Shown: positions 47,421 to 56,945, numbered from the stretch's first letter. The stretch: 64,000 bases of DNA from Crocinitomicaceae bacterium (GCA_042095055.1 JBELBZ010000007.1:20673-84672), one strand, 5' to 3'. Translations and numbers: made by a program. Notes: a model not told the origin generated them from the sequence alone.

Positions 47421-49805
47421 ATGAAGTGGGAATGTTTATCCGTGCTCTTCTTGGGAATGATCCTTGGCTTTGGCACGACCTGTGCTCAAGGGTTCGATTT
47501 CACCCTCAGCGGTTACGTAGAGGATGCCAACAGTGGTGAGTCGCTGCTCGGCGCCACCGTCTGGCATGCCTCGAGCTCATCAGGTACCACAGCCAACATT
47601 TATGGCCACTACAGCATTACACTGCCTGCAGGCGAGCAAGAAGTGCTGTTTTCTTATCTCGGCTATACCCCTCAGAAAATCGCCATCAACCTCAAGGGGG
47701 ATGTAAAGCTGGACATCAAGCTTACAGCTGGCCTAGAATTGGGCGAAGCTGTGGTGGAGTCGAGTGCCTCTGAGCGCATCGAAGAGCAGGTTCAAATGTC
47801 CAAGATTGATGTTCCCATTGATCAGATCAAACGGCTTCCAGCCATTGCAGGTGAAGTGGACCTTTTGAAGAGTTTACAGCTGCTTCCCGGGGTGCAGTCT
47901 GGCAATGAAGGTTCGAGCGGCATCTATGTCAGAGGTGGCAGTCCTGATCAGAATCTCATCATGTTGGATGGTGTTCCCTTGTACAGCGTGAGCCACCTCT
48001 TTGGTTTTTTCTCTGTTTTCAACGCCGATGCTGTCCGAAAGATCTCCATCACCAAAGGTGGCTACCCTGCAAGATTCGGAGGCCGCTTAAGCTCCATTCT
48101 TGAGGTCAACATGAAAGAGGGGCACAAGAGCGAGGTGCACGGGGCAGGATCCATTTCTATGCTCGCTTCCAAGCTGACCTTGGAAGGCCCCATTGCAAAG
48201 GACAAGGCTTCCTTTATGATCAGTGGACGTCGGACTTACTTGGACTTGTTGCTCAACCCCATTATCCAAGCTTCAAACACCGACCAGTCCTCTGTAGACC
48301 CCGCCTATTTTTTCCACGACTTGAATGCCAAAGTCAATTGGCGCATTGGAGCAAAGGACAGGATCTATCTGAGCACATTTCAAGGGTTGGATGATTTCGG
48401 GTTGAAATCCAAAGACAGCTTCAACAATTCGACAGATGAAATTGACCTCGGATTGGATTGGCGCAACTCAGTGCTTGCATTGCGTTGGAACCACGAGTGG
48501 CGTGCCGACCTTTTTAGCAATGTGACCTTGATGAAGAGCCGGTACGATTTCAATACTGGTTTTGACTTCAAGTCTACCGAGCAGGATGGCGGCTCCGAAA
48601 TCACCTCCCGTTTTGCTTCCTTGTACAATTCGGGTATTCGGGATCTTGGCGGCCGAATCGACTTTGACTTCACTCCGAATAACCGCCATTTTGTGCGTTT
48701 TGGAGGCAACCTCACCCGCCACCGCTTTCAGCCTGGCGCCACTCAAGCCATATTGGATTTTGGGGACGAATTCAGCTTAGACACCACCATTGGTTCGCCC
48801 AACTTGTTTTCTACGGAGTCCTTTGTTTACCTCGAGGATGAAATCAAACTCGGAGAAGACTTGACAGTGAATGTGGGGGGGCATGCCTCTGTCCTGTTTG
48901 TAGAGGGGGTGAACTACTTCTCATTTCAACCGCGACTGGCACTCAACCGTCGTTTGCCGAGCGGCCTCGCCCTGAAGGCTTCTTATGCGGAAATGACGCA
49001 GTTTGTCAATCTGCTGACCAATGAAGGGTTGACCCTCCCCACCGACCTGTGGCTTCCTTCAACCGCTCAGATACGACCGCAGGAAAGTTGGCAAGCTGCC
49101 ATCGGGGCAGCCAAAACAATGGGGGAAATTGAGGTCAGCATTGAGGGCTATTACAAAGAGATGGAGGGGCTGCTTGGCTACAAGGAAGGGGCCAGTTTTG
49201 GTTCTGCCGCATTCAACCTTTCCAGCAATACCACGTGGGAAGACGAAGTGACACAAGGCGAAGGGCGCAGTTATGGTGCAGAAGTTCTGTTTCAAAAGAA
49301 ACGGGGCCGTACTTCTGGATGGTTGGGGTATACGTTGAGCTGGACCGACCGTCAGTTTGATGAAGTCAACAATGGCCAGCGTTTTCCATTCACTTATGAC
49401 AGGAGACACGACCTGTCAGTGGTGTTGATCCATGACTTGAGTGACAAATGGACCCTCAGTGGCACATGGGTTTATGGTACTGGAAGGGCTTTGACGCTCA
49501 ATGAAGTGACCTACGCCAGTGTGATTCCCGACTACGAAGGAGGGTTGAGTCCAATCTCCCTCGACATCCCATCGAATCGGAATGCCTTTCGAATGAGCCC
49601 ATATCACAGGCTGGATTTAAGTGCAACCCGGACCAAGGTGAAGGAGAATGGTGAACGGTCGCTGGTTCTCAGCGTTTACAATGCCTACAACAACCTGAAC
49701 CCTTTCTTGGCATTGCCTGGAACTGCGGATGACGGCACTCGGGTCATTCGAGAATATGGTTTGTTTCCCTTTATTCCTTCAATAGCATGGCAATTCAGCT
49801 TCTGA
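47421..49805 (+). CDS. TonB-dependent receptor (CarboxypepD_reg-like N-terminus + plug + barrel)
   Basis: FTLSGYVEDANSGESLLGATVW; plug region IMLDGVPLY; terminal ...IAWQFSF. Confidence 0.85.
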   Translation: MKWECLSVLFLGMILGFGTTCAQGFDFTLSGYVEDANSGESLLGATVWHASSSSGTTANIYGHYSITLPAGEQEVLFSYLGYTPQKIAINLKGDVKLDIKLTAGLELGEAVVESSASERIEEQVQMSKIDVPIDQIKRLPAIAGEVDLLKSLQLLPGVQSGNEGSSGIYVRGGSPDQNLIMLDGVPLYSVSHLFGFFSVFNADAVRKISITKGGYPARFGGRLSSILEVNMKEGHKSEVHGAGSISMLASKLTLEGPIAKDKASFMISGRRTYLDLLLNPIIQASNTDQSSVDPAYFFHDLNAKVNWRIGAKDRIYLSTFQGLDDFGLKSKDSFNNSTDEIDLGLDWRNSVLALRWNHEWRADLFSNVTLMKSRYDFNTGFDFKSTEQDGGSEITSRFASLYNSGIRDLGGRIDFDFTPNNRHFVRFGGNLTRHRFQPGATQAILDFGDEFSLDTTIGSPNLFSTESFVYLEDEIKLGEDLTVNVGGHASVLFVEGVNYFSFQPRLALNRRLPSGLALKASYAEMTQFVNLLTNEGLTLPTDLWLPSTAQIRPQESWQAAIGAAKTMGEIEVSIEGYYKEMEGLLGYKEGASFGSAAFNLSSNTTWEDEVTQGEGRSYGAEVLFQKKRGRTSGWLGYTLSWTDRQFDEVNNGQRFPFTYDRRHDLSVVLIHDLSDKWTLSGTWVYGTGRALTLNEVTYASVIPDYEGGLSPISLDIPSNRNAFRMSPYHRLDLSATRTKVKENGERSLVLSVYNAYNNLNPFLALPGTADDGTRVIREYGLFPFIPSIAWQFSF

Positions 49806-50743
49806 AACACAGTGTTTTTCTGGCCTTGGTGATGGCCCTTGTGGGATGCGAAAAATGGGCCGACGGAGTGGTCCGTGACATCGATTTTCCAGAGCATACT
49901 CCTGAGTTGGCAGCCACCGTCAATTTATTTGCTGGAGACACCAAGGCCATCGCTGCCCTGCACCAATCCGCCAGCACCCTGGATGCAAACGACGCGGTCA
50001 TTCCCGAGGGCCTTACCGCCCGCATCGAAAAAGAGGGTGACGTGCTCCTGTCGTGGACCCCTTCGGATACGGCCTTGGTGGGAACAAGCTGGGACAGCCG
50101 CACCATGCACGTTTTGGATTTGCCGGCTCCTTTGGCCCTTCCAGAAGGAGAATTGGACCTCATTGTTGAGGCCCCTGGATTCGAGCCCTTGACTGCAACA
50201 GCGGTGCAACCGCCAGCGCCCATCTGCAGCGTTGGGTTTGAAGAAGGTGCTGACACCACATCCGATTTTGGTGAGCCTGTTGTGTTGGATCGTTTTGAGT
50301 TGGATGTCCTGAACCGTCCGGGCATTCGAGATGTCTATGGCATTCAGCTGCACGAAGGCTACGTCTATAATCCGGGTGATACCCTCTGGCAATTGGTGGG
50401 GATTGGAGACGGGGATTCGGACCTGGAGCCGCGCACCACTTTCAACCAGGCTTGTTTCTGCTTGCTTTTGGATGACTACGGATTGGATGCTCAGTCCTTA
50501 GAGGATGTGTTCATTGACCGAAAGCGTTGGATCAGCGGTTATGGGGAATCAGGGGGAGGCGATGTCCTGAGGATGAAGGTCGTTTTGATGGATGCACCCT
50601 TGGCGCAGTTCTACCGTTCACTGGATACCCATTGGGAAACACAGGACAGCTTTTTTGCCAACCCCTCCACCATCTTCAGCAACACCAGCACAGGGTACGG
50701 CATCTTCGGGTTGGGTTCCTCTGTGGAATTCTTTTGGGAGTGA
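49787..50743 (+). CDS. DUF4249-like lipoprotein partner of the TonB-dependent receptor
   Basis: Lipobox LALVMALVGC; C-terminal SNTSTGYGIFGLGS; overlaps the receptor stop by 19 nt. Confidence 0.6.
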   Translation: MAIQLLKHSVFLALVMALVGCEKWADGVVRDIDFPEHTPELAATVNLFAGDTKAIAALHQSASTLDANDAVIPEGLTARIEKEGDVLLSWTPSDTALVGTSWDSRTMHVLDLPAPLALPEGELDLIVEAPGFEPLTATAVQPPAPICSVGFEEGADTTSDFGEPVVLDRFELDVLNRPGIRDVYGIQLHEGYVYNPGDTLWQLVGIGDGDSDLEPRTTFNQACFCLLLDDYGLDAQSLEDVFIDRKRWISGYGESGGGDVLRMKVVLMDAPLAQFYRSLDTHWETQDSFFANPSTIFSNTSTGYGIFGLGSSVEFFWE

Positions 50744-50771
50744 TACCCCGTGATGTCAGTAATTTGGGGGC

Positions 50772-53648
50772 ATGACTCAAACCTGGCGACCCTCCCTTTG
50801 CTTGTCTGTGTTGACCCTGTTGTTTTCGGCCTTACAGGGCCAAAACAGCACCGTAAACATCACTGTTGATGGACTCGCTGCGGGCGATGTTGCCGCATTG
50901 ACCCTGGAACGCGGTGTCGGCGGATTGTTTGACGCTACAGTGATCGGGCAAGGTGTGGATGTTCCTGTGCCGCATTCTTTTGAAGTAGAGGCTGGTCCGT
51001 GGATGTTGTCCTTGGATGCGCTGGGCTACATCACTCCTGCTGCACAAACCATAGAGGTCGATGGAACGGTGAATGTGACCTTGGATGTCGCCGCACTCCA
51101 AGGTGACAGCAGCACATATACGTTCACTTGGGAAGAGGATGGAAGCTTTGCTGGTCATGCTACCGAGTTCGTGCCAGCTGATCCTCCGGTGATCGAAGTG
51201 TTGGGCGCCTCGTATGACGTCCCTGCAGGATTCAGCGCCCAGACCCTCTTTCAGCAATATGGATTTGTCTTGGACGATCAAGAATTGGCATGGACCACAG
51301 ACGACGCATTTAAACTGCACCAGACCATTTCTTCCCTGCCGTACCCCCGTGTAAATGCCGATGAGGCGGGAACCCCGGTTGTAGCGGTATGGCGGTTGAC
51401 GGAGGACATGCTGGACGGCGACTACATGGCAGAGACCATCGCCGATACGGAAGTCATCACCATCTCCAAGGATGCCTTCACCTATGCTGCTCCATTGGTT
51501 GTCAATTTCGATGGCGATCAAGGGCAATTCTTTAGCCGCCGATTGTTCAAGGCGCTCCTGTCGCACCTCACCAATGAAGGCTCCAATGCCGGACTTGTCC
51601 AAAACATCGCTTCTGAGCGCTACGGCATAGAATTCATGACGCCCAGTCCTGAGCTTGAAGACTTGATGAGCGAGACCCAAACGAATTTTCAGCCCTTCCC
51701 CGCTTGGGAGAAGCTGCAGATCATGGGCATGCTCGAAGAATTCCCGGAGGGCATGCGCAAGCAAGACGGATTGTCCAAACTGGTGAGGCGCATCAACGGA
51801 CAGCCCAACCCCTTCTACCCCACCGCCCCTGCCATCGCGTGGACGGGCATGGAGACCATTGAGTGGATGGAAAGCGGGTTTGCCAACTTCTCCATGGACT
51901 ACATCCACCGCTTGATCCTGCACGAAAAGGCCCACTTCCTATGGGAGTACACCTTTGACGAAGACCTGAGGGCTGACTGGACTTCATTGGGGGAATGGTT
52001 TGAAGACCCCAACGCGCCCAGTGGATGGAGCACCACCCTGACCACCGAATTCGTCAGCGCTTATGCCCACGCCATGAACCCCAACGAGGACATGGCCGAA
52101 AGCATCGCCTACTACATCTCAAATCCGCAAGTGCTGATGACACATGCGCCAGACAAATACGACTTCATCCGAGATCGCGTGATGCACGGTGCGCGTTATG
52201 TGGCGATGATCACGGAGGAATTGACGTTTGAAGTGTTGAACCTGTTTCCGGATTACACCTACCCTGGCAAAATCGTCGGCACCGATGTTCAGGTCAACGG
52301 AAACCCCAGTGATGACAAAGTATTGACCCTGACCATCCACCTGCACAGCGACGACCCCGCCCAAGATGGGGCCGTGAGTGGGCAGGTCCGGTTTGTCAGC
52401 GCAGTAGGTACCATCTTCGATATGTGGCTGTCCCCTGCAAACGGAAGCAGCGACTCTGTGTTGACGGGCACATTGACCCTCAACAAGCACATGAAGTCCG
52501 GGTGGTGGAACTTCGATGGCCTCCACATCTGGGACGCCGTGGGCAACGACCGCTATGAGAGTCCCGCGACCATCGGTTTGCGTCTGTTCCTCAACAATCC
52601 CTTGGAGGACATCACGCCTCCCGAGTACATCGATGATTCCTTTGTGATGGAGGAGGTCGCTGGCATCCAAGTCGGGGACGGCACCGACGGCCCTGCAACC
52701 GTTGATGGCATTCAAATCGAATTTGATACTTGGGATAAAATCCCCCTGAGCCGTGGATTGACCCGCATGACCTTTCCCACCATGGATCCAGATTACGGAC
52801 ACCGGTATTCCATGGACATCCAATCGAATGCGTTTGAGTCCAACGGTTACGAGGAAGTAAAGCACCACGAGATGGTATTGCCTGTCCCCCACTACTTTCC
52901 CACGGGTCACTACACTGTCAATTTCTCTGCTGCCGATGACGTGGCGGGCAATTCCAGCGCCATCTATTTTACCGGTGACCCCAATTATTCCAATGCTGAT
53001 GGGGTGCACATCTTCGCCGAAGACCGGGATTCAGTCTACATGGAAACGGCCTACCCTGACCTCTTGGCACCTGAGGTGGATTTGAACAGCTTTTCAATTG
53101 TGGCCACGCCCAGCAATCCTGACCTTCCCAATGGAGAAACGCTGGTGGAGTTCACTTTGGCGTTTCAGGACACCAGTGACTTTGATGGATTTGCTTCAGG
53201 TGTTCGGGACCTCACGTATACCCTGAGGGATCCTCTGGGTGATGAATTTCACTTCAGTGCTTGGGAAGAGTTTGGCGGCGCCAACTTCTTTTATGCGGTT
53301 TACCCACCTGAAGGCGCGAACACCTGGACCACCACAACCTTGACGGCACTTTTGCCGGCAGGTTCTGCGCCCGGAACATGGGGGGTGTCGGCCCTCGCCA
53401 TTCGAGACCGCGCCCTCAATGTGAAGCGGTACAGCTTTGTAGAATACGTTCAGTTCGTTTTGGATGTGGCCGATTGTCCCGCTGACCTCGATGGCAACGG
53501 CCAAATTGGTGCTCCGGACTTGCTGATGGTGCTCGCTGAGTTTGGCTGTCTGCAAGACTGTGGAATTGCGGACATCGATGGAAATGACCAGGTTGATGTG
53601 GGCGATGCGCTGTTGTTCCTCGCCGACTTCGGATCGGCCTGCGACTGA
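50772..53648 (+). CDS. large secreted protein with HExxH motif and dockerin-like C-terminal module
   Basis: Signal MTQTWRPSLCLSVLTLLFSALQGQ; LILHEKAHFLWEY (HEKAH at 51921-51935) followed by NEDMAESIAYYI. Ends with the double DxDGxx module. Confidence 0.6.
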   Translation: MTQTWRPSLCLSVLTLLFSALQGQNSTVNITVDGLAAGDVAALTLERGVGGLFDATVIGQGVDVPVPHSFEVEAGPWMLSLDALGYITPAAQTIEVDGTVNVTLDVAALQGDSSTYTFTWEEDGSFAGHATEFVPADPPVIEVLGASYDVPAGFSAQTLFQQYGFVLDDQELAWTTDDAFKLHQTISSLPYPRVNADEAGTPVVAVWRLTEDMLDGDYMAETIADTEVITISKDAFTYAAPLVVNFDGDQGQFFSRRLFKALLSHLTNEGSNAGLVQNIASERYGIEFMTPSPELEDLMSETQTNFQPFPAWEKLQIMGMLEEFPEGMRKQDGLSKLVRRINGQPNPFYPTAPAIAWTGMETIEWMESGFANFSMDYIHRLILHEKAHFLWEYTFDEDLRADWTSLGEWFEDPNAPSGWSTTLTTEFVSAYAHAMNPNEDMAESIAYYISNPQVLMTHAPDKYDFIRDRVMHGARYVAMITEELTFEVLNLFPDYTYPGKIVGTDVQVNGNPSDDKVLTLTIHLHSDDPAQDGAVSGQVRFVSAVGTIFDMWLSPANGSSDSVLTGTLTLNKHMKSGWWNFDGLHIWDAVGNDRYESPATIGLRLFLNNPLEDITPPEYIDDSFVMEEVAGIQVGDGTDGPATVDGIQIEFDTWDKIPLSRGLTRMTFPTMDPDYGHRYSMDIQSNAFESNGYEEVKHHEMVLPVPHYFPTGHYTVNFSAADDVAGNSSAIYFTGDPNYSNADGVHIFAEDRDSVYMETAYPDLLAPEVDLNSFSIVATPSNPDLPNGETLVEFTLAFQDTSDFDGFASGVRDLTYTLRDPLGDEFHFSAWEEFGGANFFYAVYPPEGANTWTTTTLTALLPAGSAPGTWGVSALAIRDRALNVKRYSFVEYVQFVLDVADCPADLDGNGQIGAPDLLMVLAEFGCLQDCGIADIDGNDQVDVGDALLFLADFGSACD
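53475..53645 (+). other. dockerin-like 4-Cys double DxDGxx C-terminal module
   Basis: CPADLDGNGQIGAPDLLMVLAEFGCLQDCGIADIDGNDQVDVGDALLFLADFGSACD, then stop. Confidence 0.8.
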
Positions 53649-53671
53649 ACATCGGAGACTACCTTCGGGCC

Positions 53672-54712
53672 ATGCGTTTAGTATTTGCCCTCATCTCTCT
53701 CTGTGCAGGTCTTGCAGCACAAGCCCAGACCCCAAACAACATCGAAGCGGTCGAGTATGACCCCGATGGAAACCGCTGGTTTGTAAGCAATGGCAGCAGC
53801 CTGCTCGTCACCGAGGACCAAGGTCAGACGTGGTCATTCTTTGGTGAAGCGGTGGCTTCACATGGCATGGAGGTGATGAACGGCGCCCTTTATGCCATCG
53901 GAAATAACGTCATCCGTGCGTACGATCTGGCATCAGCAGAGATCTTGGGATCCCTGGTGATTCCAGGTGTTGGATTTCTCAATGGCATGGGCAACGATGG
54001 TGTTGGAAACGTTGTCGTGAGTGATTTTCAAGGGAGCAGGTTGTATACCGTCAATGCATCAAACCCTGCGGAAATGACATACTCACAGTTGACGGGGAAC
54101 TTGGGGGAGATCCCCAATGGCATTGTCGTCGACACCGACAACAACAGGGCCATTGTCGTGTGCTGGGGAAACAACGCAGACATCCTCGCTGTGGATTTGG
54201 AAAGCGGTGAGGTCAGCACCTTGGTCGATGGCTCAGGTTTGGGCAACCTCGACGGCATTGACGGCGACGGGAGTGGCCAGTATTATGTGAGTTCTTGGTC
54301 ACCGACCCGGATCACGCGTTACTCTGAGGAATTTTCGGTTTCAGAAACTGTGGTGACGGGGGCAGCGGGTCTTTCGAGCCCCGCGGACATCAGTTACGCA
54401 GTGGGATTGGACACACTGGGTGTCGCCAACTCCGGCAACGACATTGTCACTTTCCACGGTTTTGGGGACCCTACGAGCGGTGTGCTCGAAACTTCGCGTT
54501 TTACGGCCCTCCGGGCTGGTAATGACATGCTGATTGACATGCCCATTGGAAGGATGTTGCACCTCACTGCTTTTGATGCTGCAGGCAGGGTGCTTGTGCA
54601 GCGTTCTGAGTTCTTGCCCAGCGGTCAGATGAGCTGGCCTTGGCCTGTCGCAGGATCATCCGCAGTTGTGGTTCAACTGCGTTCTGGAGCCGACGTCATC
54701 GTCCTGCGCTAA
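53672..54712 (+). CDS. secreted beta-propeller-like protein, possible degenerate T9SS CTD
   Basis: Signal MRLVFALISLCAGLAAQAQ; repeated V/G-rich blades. C-terminal ...LHLTAFDAAGRVLVQRSEF...VVVQLRSGADVIVLR. Confidence 0.4.
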   Translation: MRLVFALISLCAGLAAQAQTPNNIEAVEYDPDGNRWFVSNGSSLLVTEDQGQTWSFFGEAVASHGMEVMNGALYAIGNNVIRAYDLASAEILGSLVIPGVGFLNGMGNDGVGNVVVSDFQGSRLYTVNASNPAEMTYSQLTGNLGEIPNGIVVDTDNNRAIVVCWGNNADILAVDLESGEVSTLVDGSGLGNLDGIDGDGSGQYYVSSWSPTRITRYSEEFSVSETVVTGAAGLSSPADISYAVGLDTLGVANSGNDIVTFHGFGDPTSGVLETSRFTALRAGNDMLIDMPIGRMLHLTAFDAAGRVLVQRSEFLPSGQMSWPWPVAGSSAVVVQLRSGADVIVLR

Positions 54713-54713
54713 C

Positions 54714-55529
54714 CTACTTGTCCTTCAGTTTTATGCGGTAACTCCACCGCAGCCCCACCGTCCACTCCACTGCACCTGATAGCCTCAGGTCGTCCAGCCC
54801 TGCGTCCACTTCAAACAGGGTCATGCCAGGAGGTGCTGGGTTGTACCGGCTTTCTATATCACGCTGGATAAACACCTTGAGTTTTTGTCGTTTACCGGTC
54901 TTGGTCCCCGTTGCCAGCCGGACCCTCCACGAACCGTCAGGCTCCCAGCCATCGGGCACCTCAGAGACGAAGCGCTCTATGGACACAGCTGGATCCCACT
55001 TGAAGCCTTTGATATTGTACCCAATCTCTCCTTTGAAGCGCCATGCTGCTTTGGCTGGAACCGCCGCGGGATCGCTGGCGTCTTTGAGTGCGACAGCAGT
55101 CTGTTTTTGGTAACGAATTCGGGTTTCAAACTCCCACCGGCCTGCATCGAACGATGTGCCATGTTGAACTTGCCACCGCACAAACCGGTCTACGCCTTGA
55201 ACGTCCCCTTTCCGATCGGGCCGCACAGTGTGTCGGATTCCAATACCCAAAGATTGCGCCTTGCTCAGGTCATTCCAACGCGGACTCCACTTGAACTCCA
55301 GTTGCTGCAATTGGCGGTCAAATTCCGTGAAGTCGCTGTTCCACCGCCATTGTTGATTCAATTCCAGAGCTACGGCCTTCACAGGTTTGAAGCCTATTGA
55401 AACACCCGTCCACCCTCTCCATTCCGTCGTGTCAGTGGGGCCTCCTGAACCGGGAGGAGGATTGATGACCTGGGCATGCGCTGCTGCGCATACTGCTGCA
55501 AATGCAAGCACCAGCAGGGCACCCTTCAT
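54714..55529 (-). CDS. putative outer-membrane beta-barrel protein (DUF2490-like)
   Basis: Signal MKGALLVLAFAAVCAAAHAQ; alternating aromatic/basic beta-strand pattern. Located downstream of a VTC/DUF4956 pair. Confidence 0.45.
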   Translation of the reverse strand: MKGALLVLAFAAVCAAAHAQVINPPPGSGGPTDTTEWRGWTGVSIGFKPVKAVALELNQQWRWNSDFTEFDRQLQQLEFKWSPRWNDLSKAQSLGIGIRHTVRPDRKGDVQGVDRFVRWQVQHGTSFDAGRWEFETRIRYQKQTAVALKDASDPAAVPAKAAWRFKGEIGYNIKGFKWDPAVSIERFVSEVPDGWEPDGSWRVRLATGTKTGKRQKLKVFIQRDIESRYNPAPPGMTLFEVDAGLDDLRLSGAVEWTVGLRWSYRIKLKDK

Positions 55530-56125
55530 ATGCCGTCGTTGGGGTCTATGTGTTCGGAATGGTCTTCGCCTTTGTAAGAAACCTTGATCACCGCGGTTTC
55601 TCTGAGCAAGTCCACATTGCCAATCTCGATGCGCTCGACATCCTCTCCAATGCGCTCGGCCAAATCTGTGAGAAGCTCGGCCCGCTTGTCCTTTTGCAAA
55701 TACTCAATGCGATCATAAACCACCCGCTTCGTGACCAAGTGCTCCACGAACATCAAACGCTCCAGTGCAAAAGCCAGGAACCAAATGGACGCGTTGCCTA
55801 TGGCCACTGGCCATTCTCCCATGGCACCTGGCGCCAAGGCGTTCATGACCGCCAAGGCAATGACCACAAACAAATACGTCATCTCGCGAATGGGCACCAC
55901 ATTGGTGCGGTAGCGGATGATACCAAAAATGGCAAACAGCCCCAAGGCGAAGGCCAGGTCGAGTTCCACTCCGATCAACATGCGGCACAGCAAGAAGATG
56001 GACGAGCTCACCATCATGAAGGTGAACACATAATCCCGGCGCTTGGCCTTGGATTGGTAGATCATTCGGACGATGATCCAGCAGGATATCAAATTGGCTG
56101 CGAAATGCAGTGCGATTTCAGTCAT
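55526..56125 (-). CDS. DUF4956-like integral membrane protein
   Basis: Start ATG 56125 (MTEIALHFAANLIS...). LGLFAIFGIIRYRTNVVPIREMTYLFVVIALAVMNA. 4-nt overlap with the downstream gene. Confidence 0.6.
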   Translation of the reverse strand: MTEIALHFAANLISCWIIVRMIYQSKAKRRDYVFTFMMVSSSIFLLCRMLIGVELDLAFALGLFAIFGIIRYRTNVVPIREMTYLFVVIALAVMNALAPGAMGEWPVAIGNASIWFLAFALERLMFVEHLVTKRVVYDRIEYLQKDKRAELLTDLAERIGEDVERIEIGNVDLLRETAVIKVSYKGEDHSEHIDPNDGI

Positions 56126-56132
56126 GTTGCGG

Positions 56133-56945
56133 TCAGGCTTGCAGGTCCCCGGCCCAGGACTGTGCATCCATGAGCCTCCGATAAGTCGCAAGGTAAGCGC
56201 GGCCCGCGATGTTGCCATCCCTTGCGAGCCGAGCTACGGTGTATTTGCTCACCTTGGTCTTTCGTCCAATGACACCCTTTCTGCGGCTCTGGCTCCTGAG
56301 CCAAATTTGAATGGGGCTGTAGCGGTCAGGCTTTGGTTGCTTGACTTCAATCACGGCCAGCCCCTCGAGCAGTGGGGCGTCGGCTTCACCCAAAACCTGC
56401 GCATTGAGGCTGCGGTCCACAGTTACCCGTTCAGAGCGGTTAAAATCCACAAGGGTCGTGCGGTGGAATCCTCCAGAAAGCCGGGGTTCGATGTGTCCTG
56501 CGTCCCTCAATTTTTCCCCTAAAAACGCATGGTCTGAGGCATTGAGGGGCTGGTGAATGTCATGGCCCGTGGCGATGCGTTCTTTGACGGTTCTTCCGCC
56601 GGGCAGCCGTTCCTTCACTTCAAGAAATACCAGGCCATTGCTGGCATACCGGCGCTTTCTGATTTTCATACGCCGCGCCTTTCCCCTCAAATGGTCCTGT
56701 AAGAATTGATCCCCAGGGAGCTCGTAATAGAGGTTGTCATAACGGCACTGTTCCATTCCTGACACCGAAAGGACATGTGCATGTCCGCTCATGGCTTCTA
56801 CAAGCTCTGGCAACCAGGATTCTGGCACGACATATTTGGTGTCAAACCTGCGCATCAATTGAACGGCACCCACGGCGTTCAAATCTGTTTTGGGCAATGC
56901 CGTCAAGGCCGCCGCAAGCGCTTTCGTTAACGAATGATGATCCAC
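56133..56945 (-). CDS. VTC-domain (polyphosphate-polymerase-like, CYTH/triphosphate-tunnel fold) protein
   Basis: RFDTKYVV, NLYYE, RMKIRKRRY, VFLEVKER beta-strand pattern of VTC domains. Probable GTG start at 56945. Confidence 0.6.
   Translation of the reverse strand: MDHHSLTKALAAALTALPKTDLNAVGAVQLMRRFDTKYVVPESWLPELVEAMSGHAHVLSVSGMEQCRYDNLYYELPGDQFLQDHLRGKARRMKIRKRRYASNGLVFLEVKERLPGGRTVKERIATGHDIHQPLNASDHAFLGEKLRDAGHIEPRLSGGFHRTTLVDFNRSERVTVDRSLNAQVLGEADAPLLEGLAVIEVKQPKPDRYSPIQIWLRSQSRRKGVIGRKTKVSKYTVARLARDGNIAGRAYLATYRRLMDAQSWAGDLQA

Noticed and set aside
50832-53009. Two long minus-strand ORFs (50832..51935, 52119..53009)
   Set aside because: They are antisense to the uninterrupted 958-aa secreted protein gene. 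Their composition is His/Arg/Gly-rich, typical of reverse-frame artefacts.
53672-54712. Clear T9SS CTD on the beta-propeller-like protein
   Set aside because: The C-terminus has a beta-strand-rich pattern but lacks the characteristic N-P-x-x-x...G-x-Y motifs. I left it as possible only.
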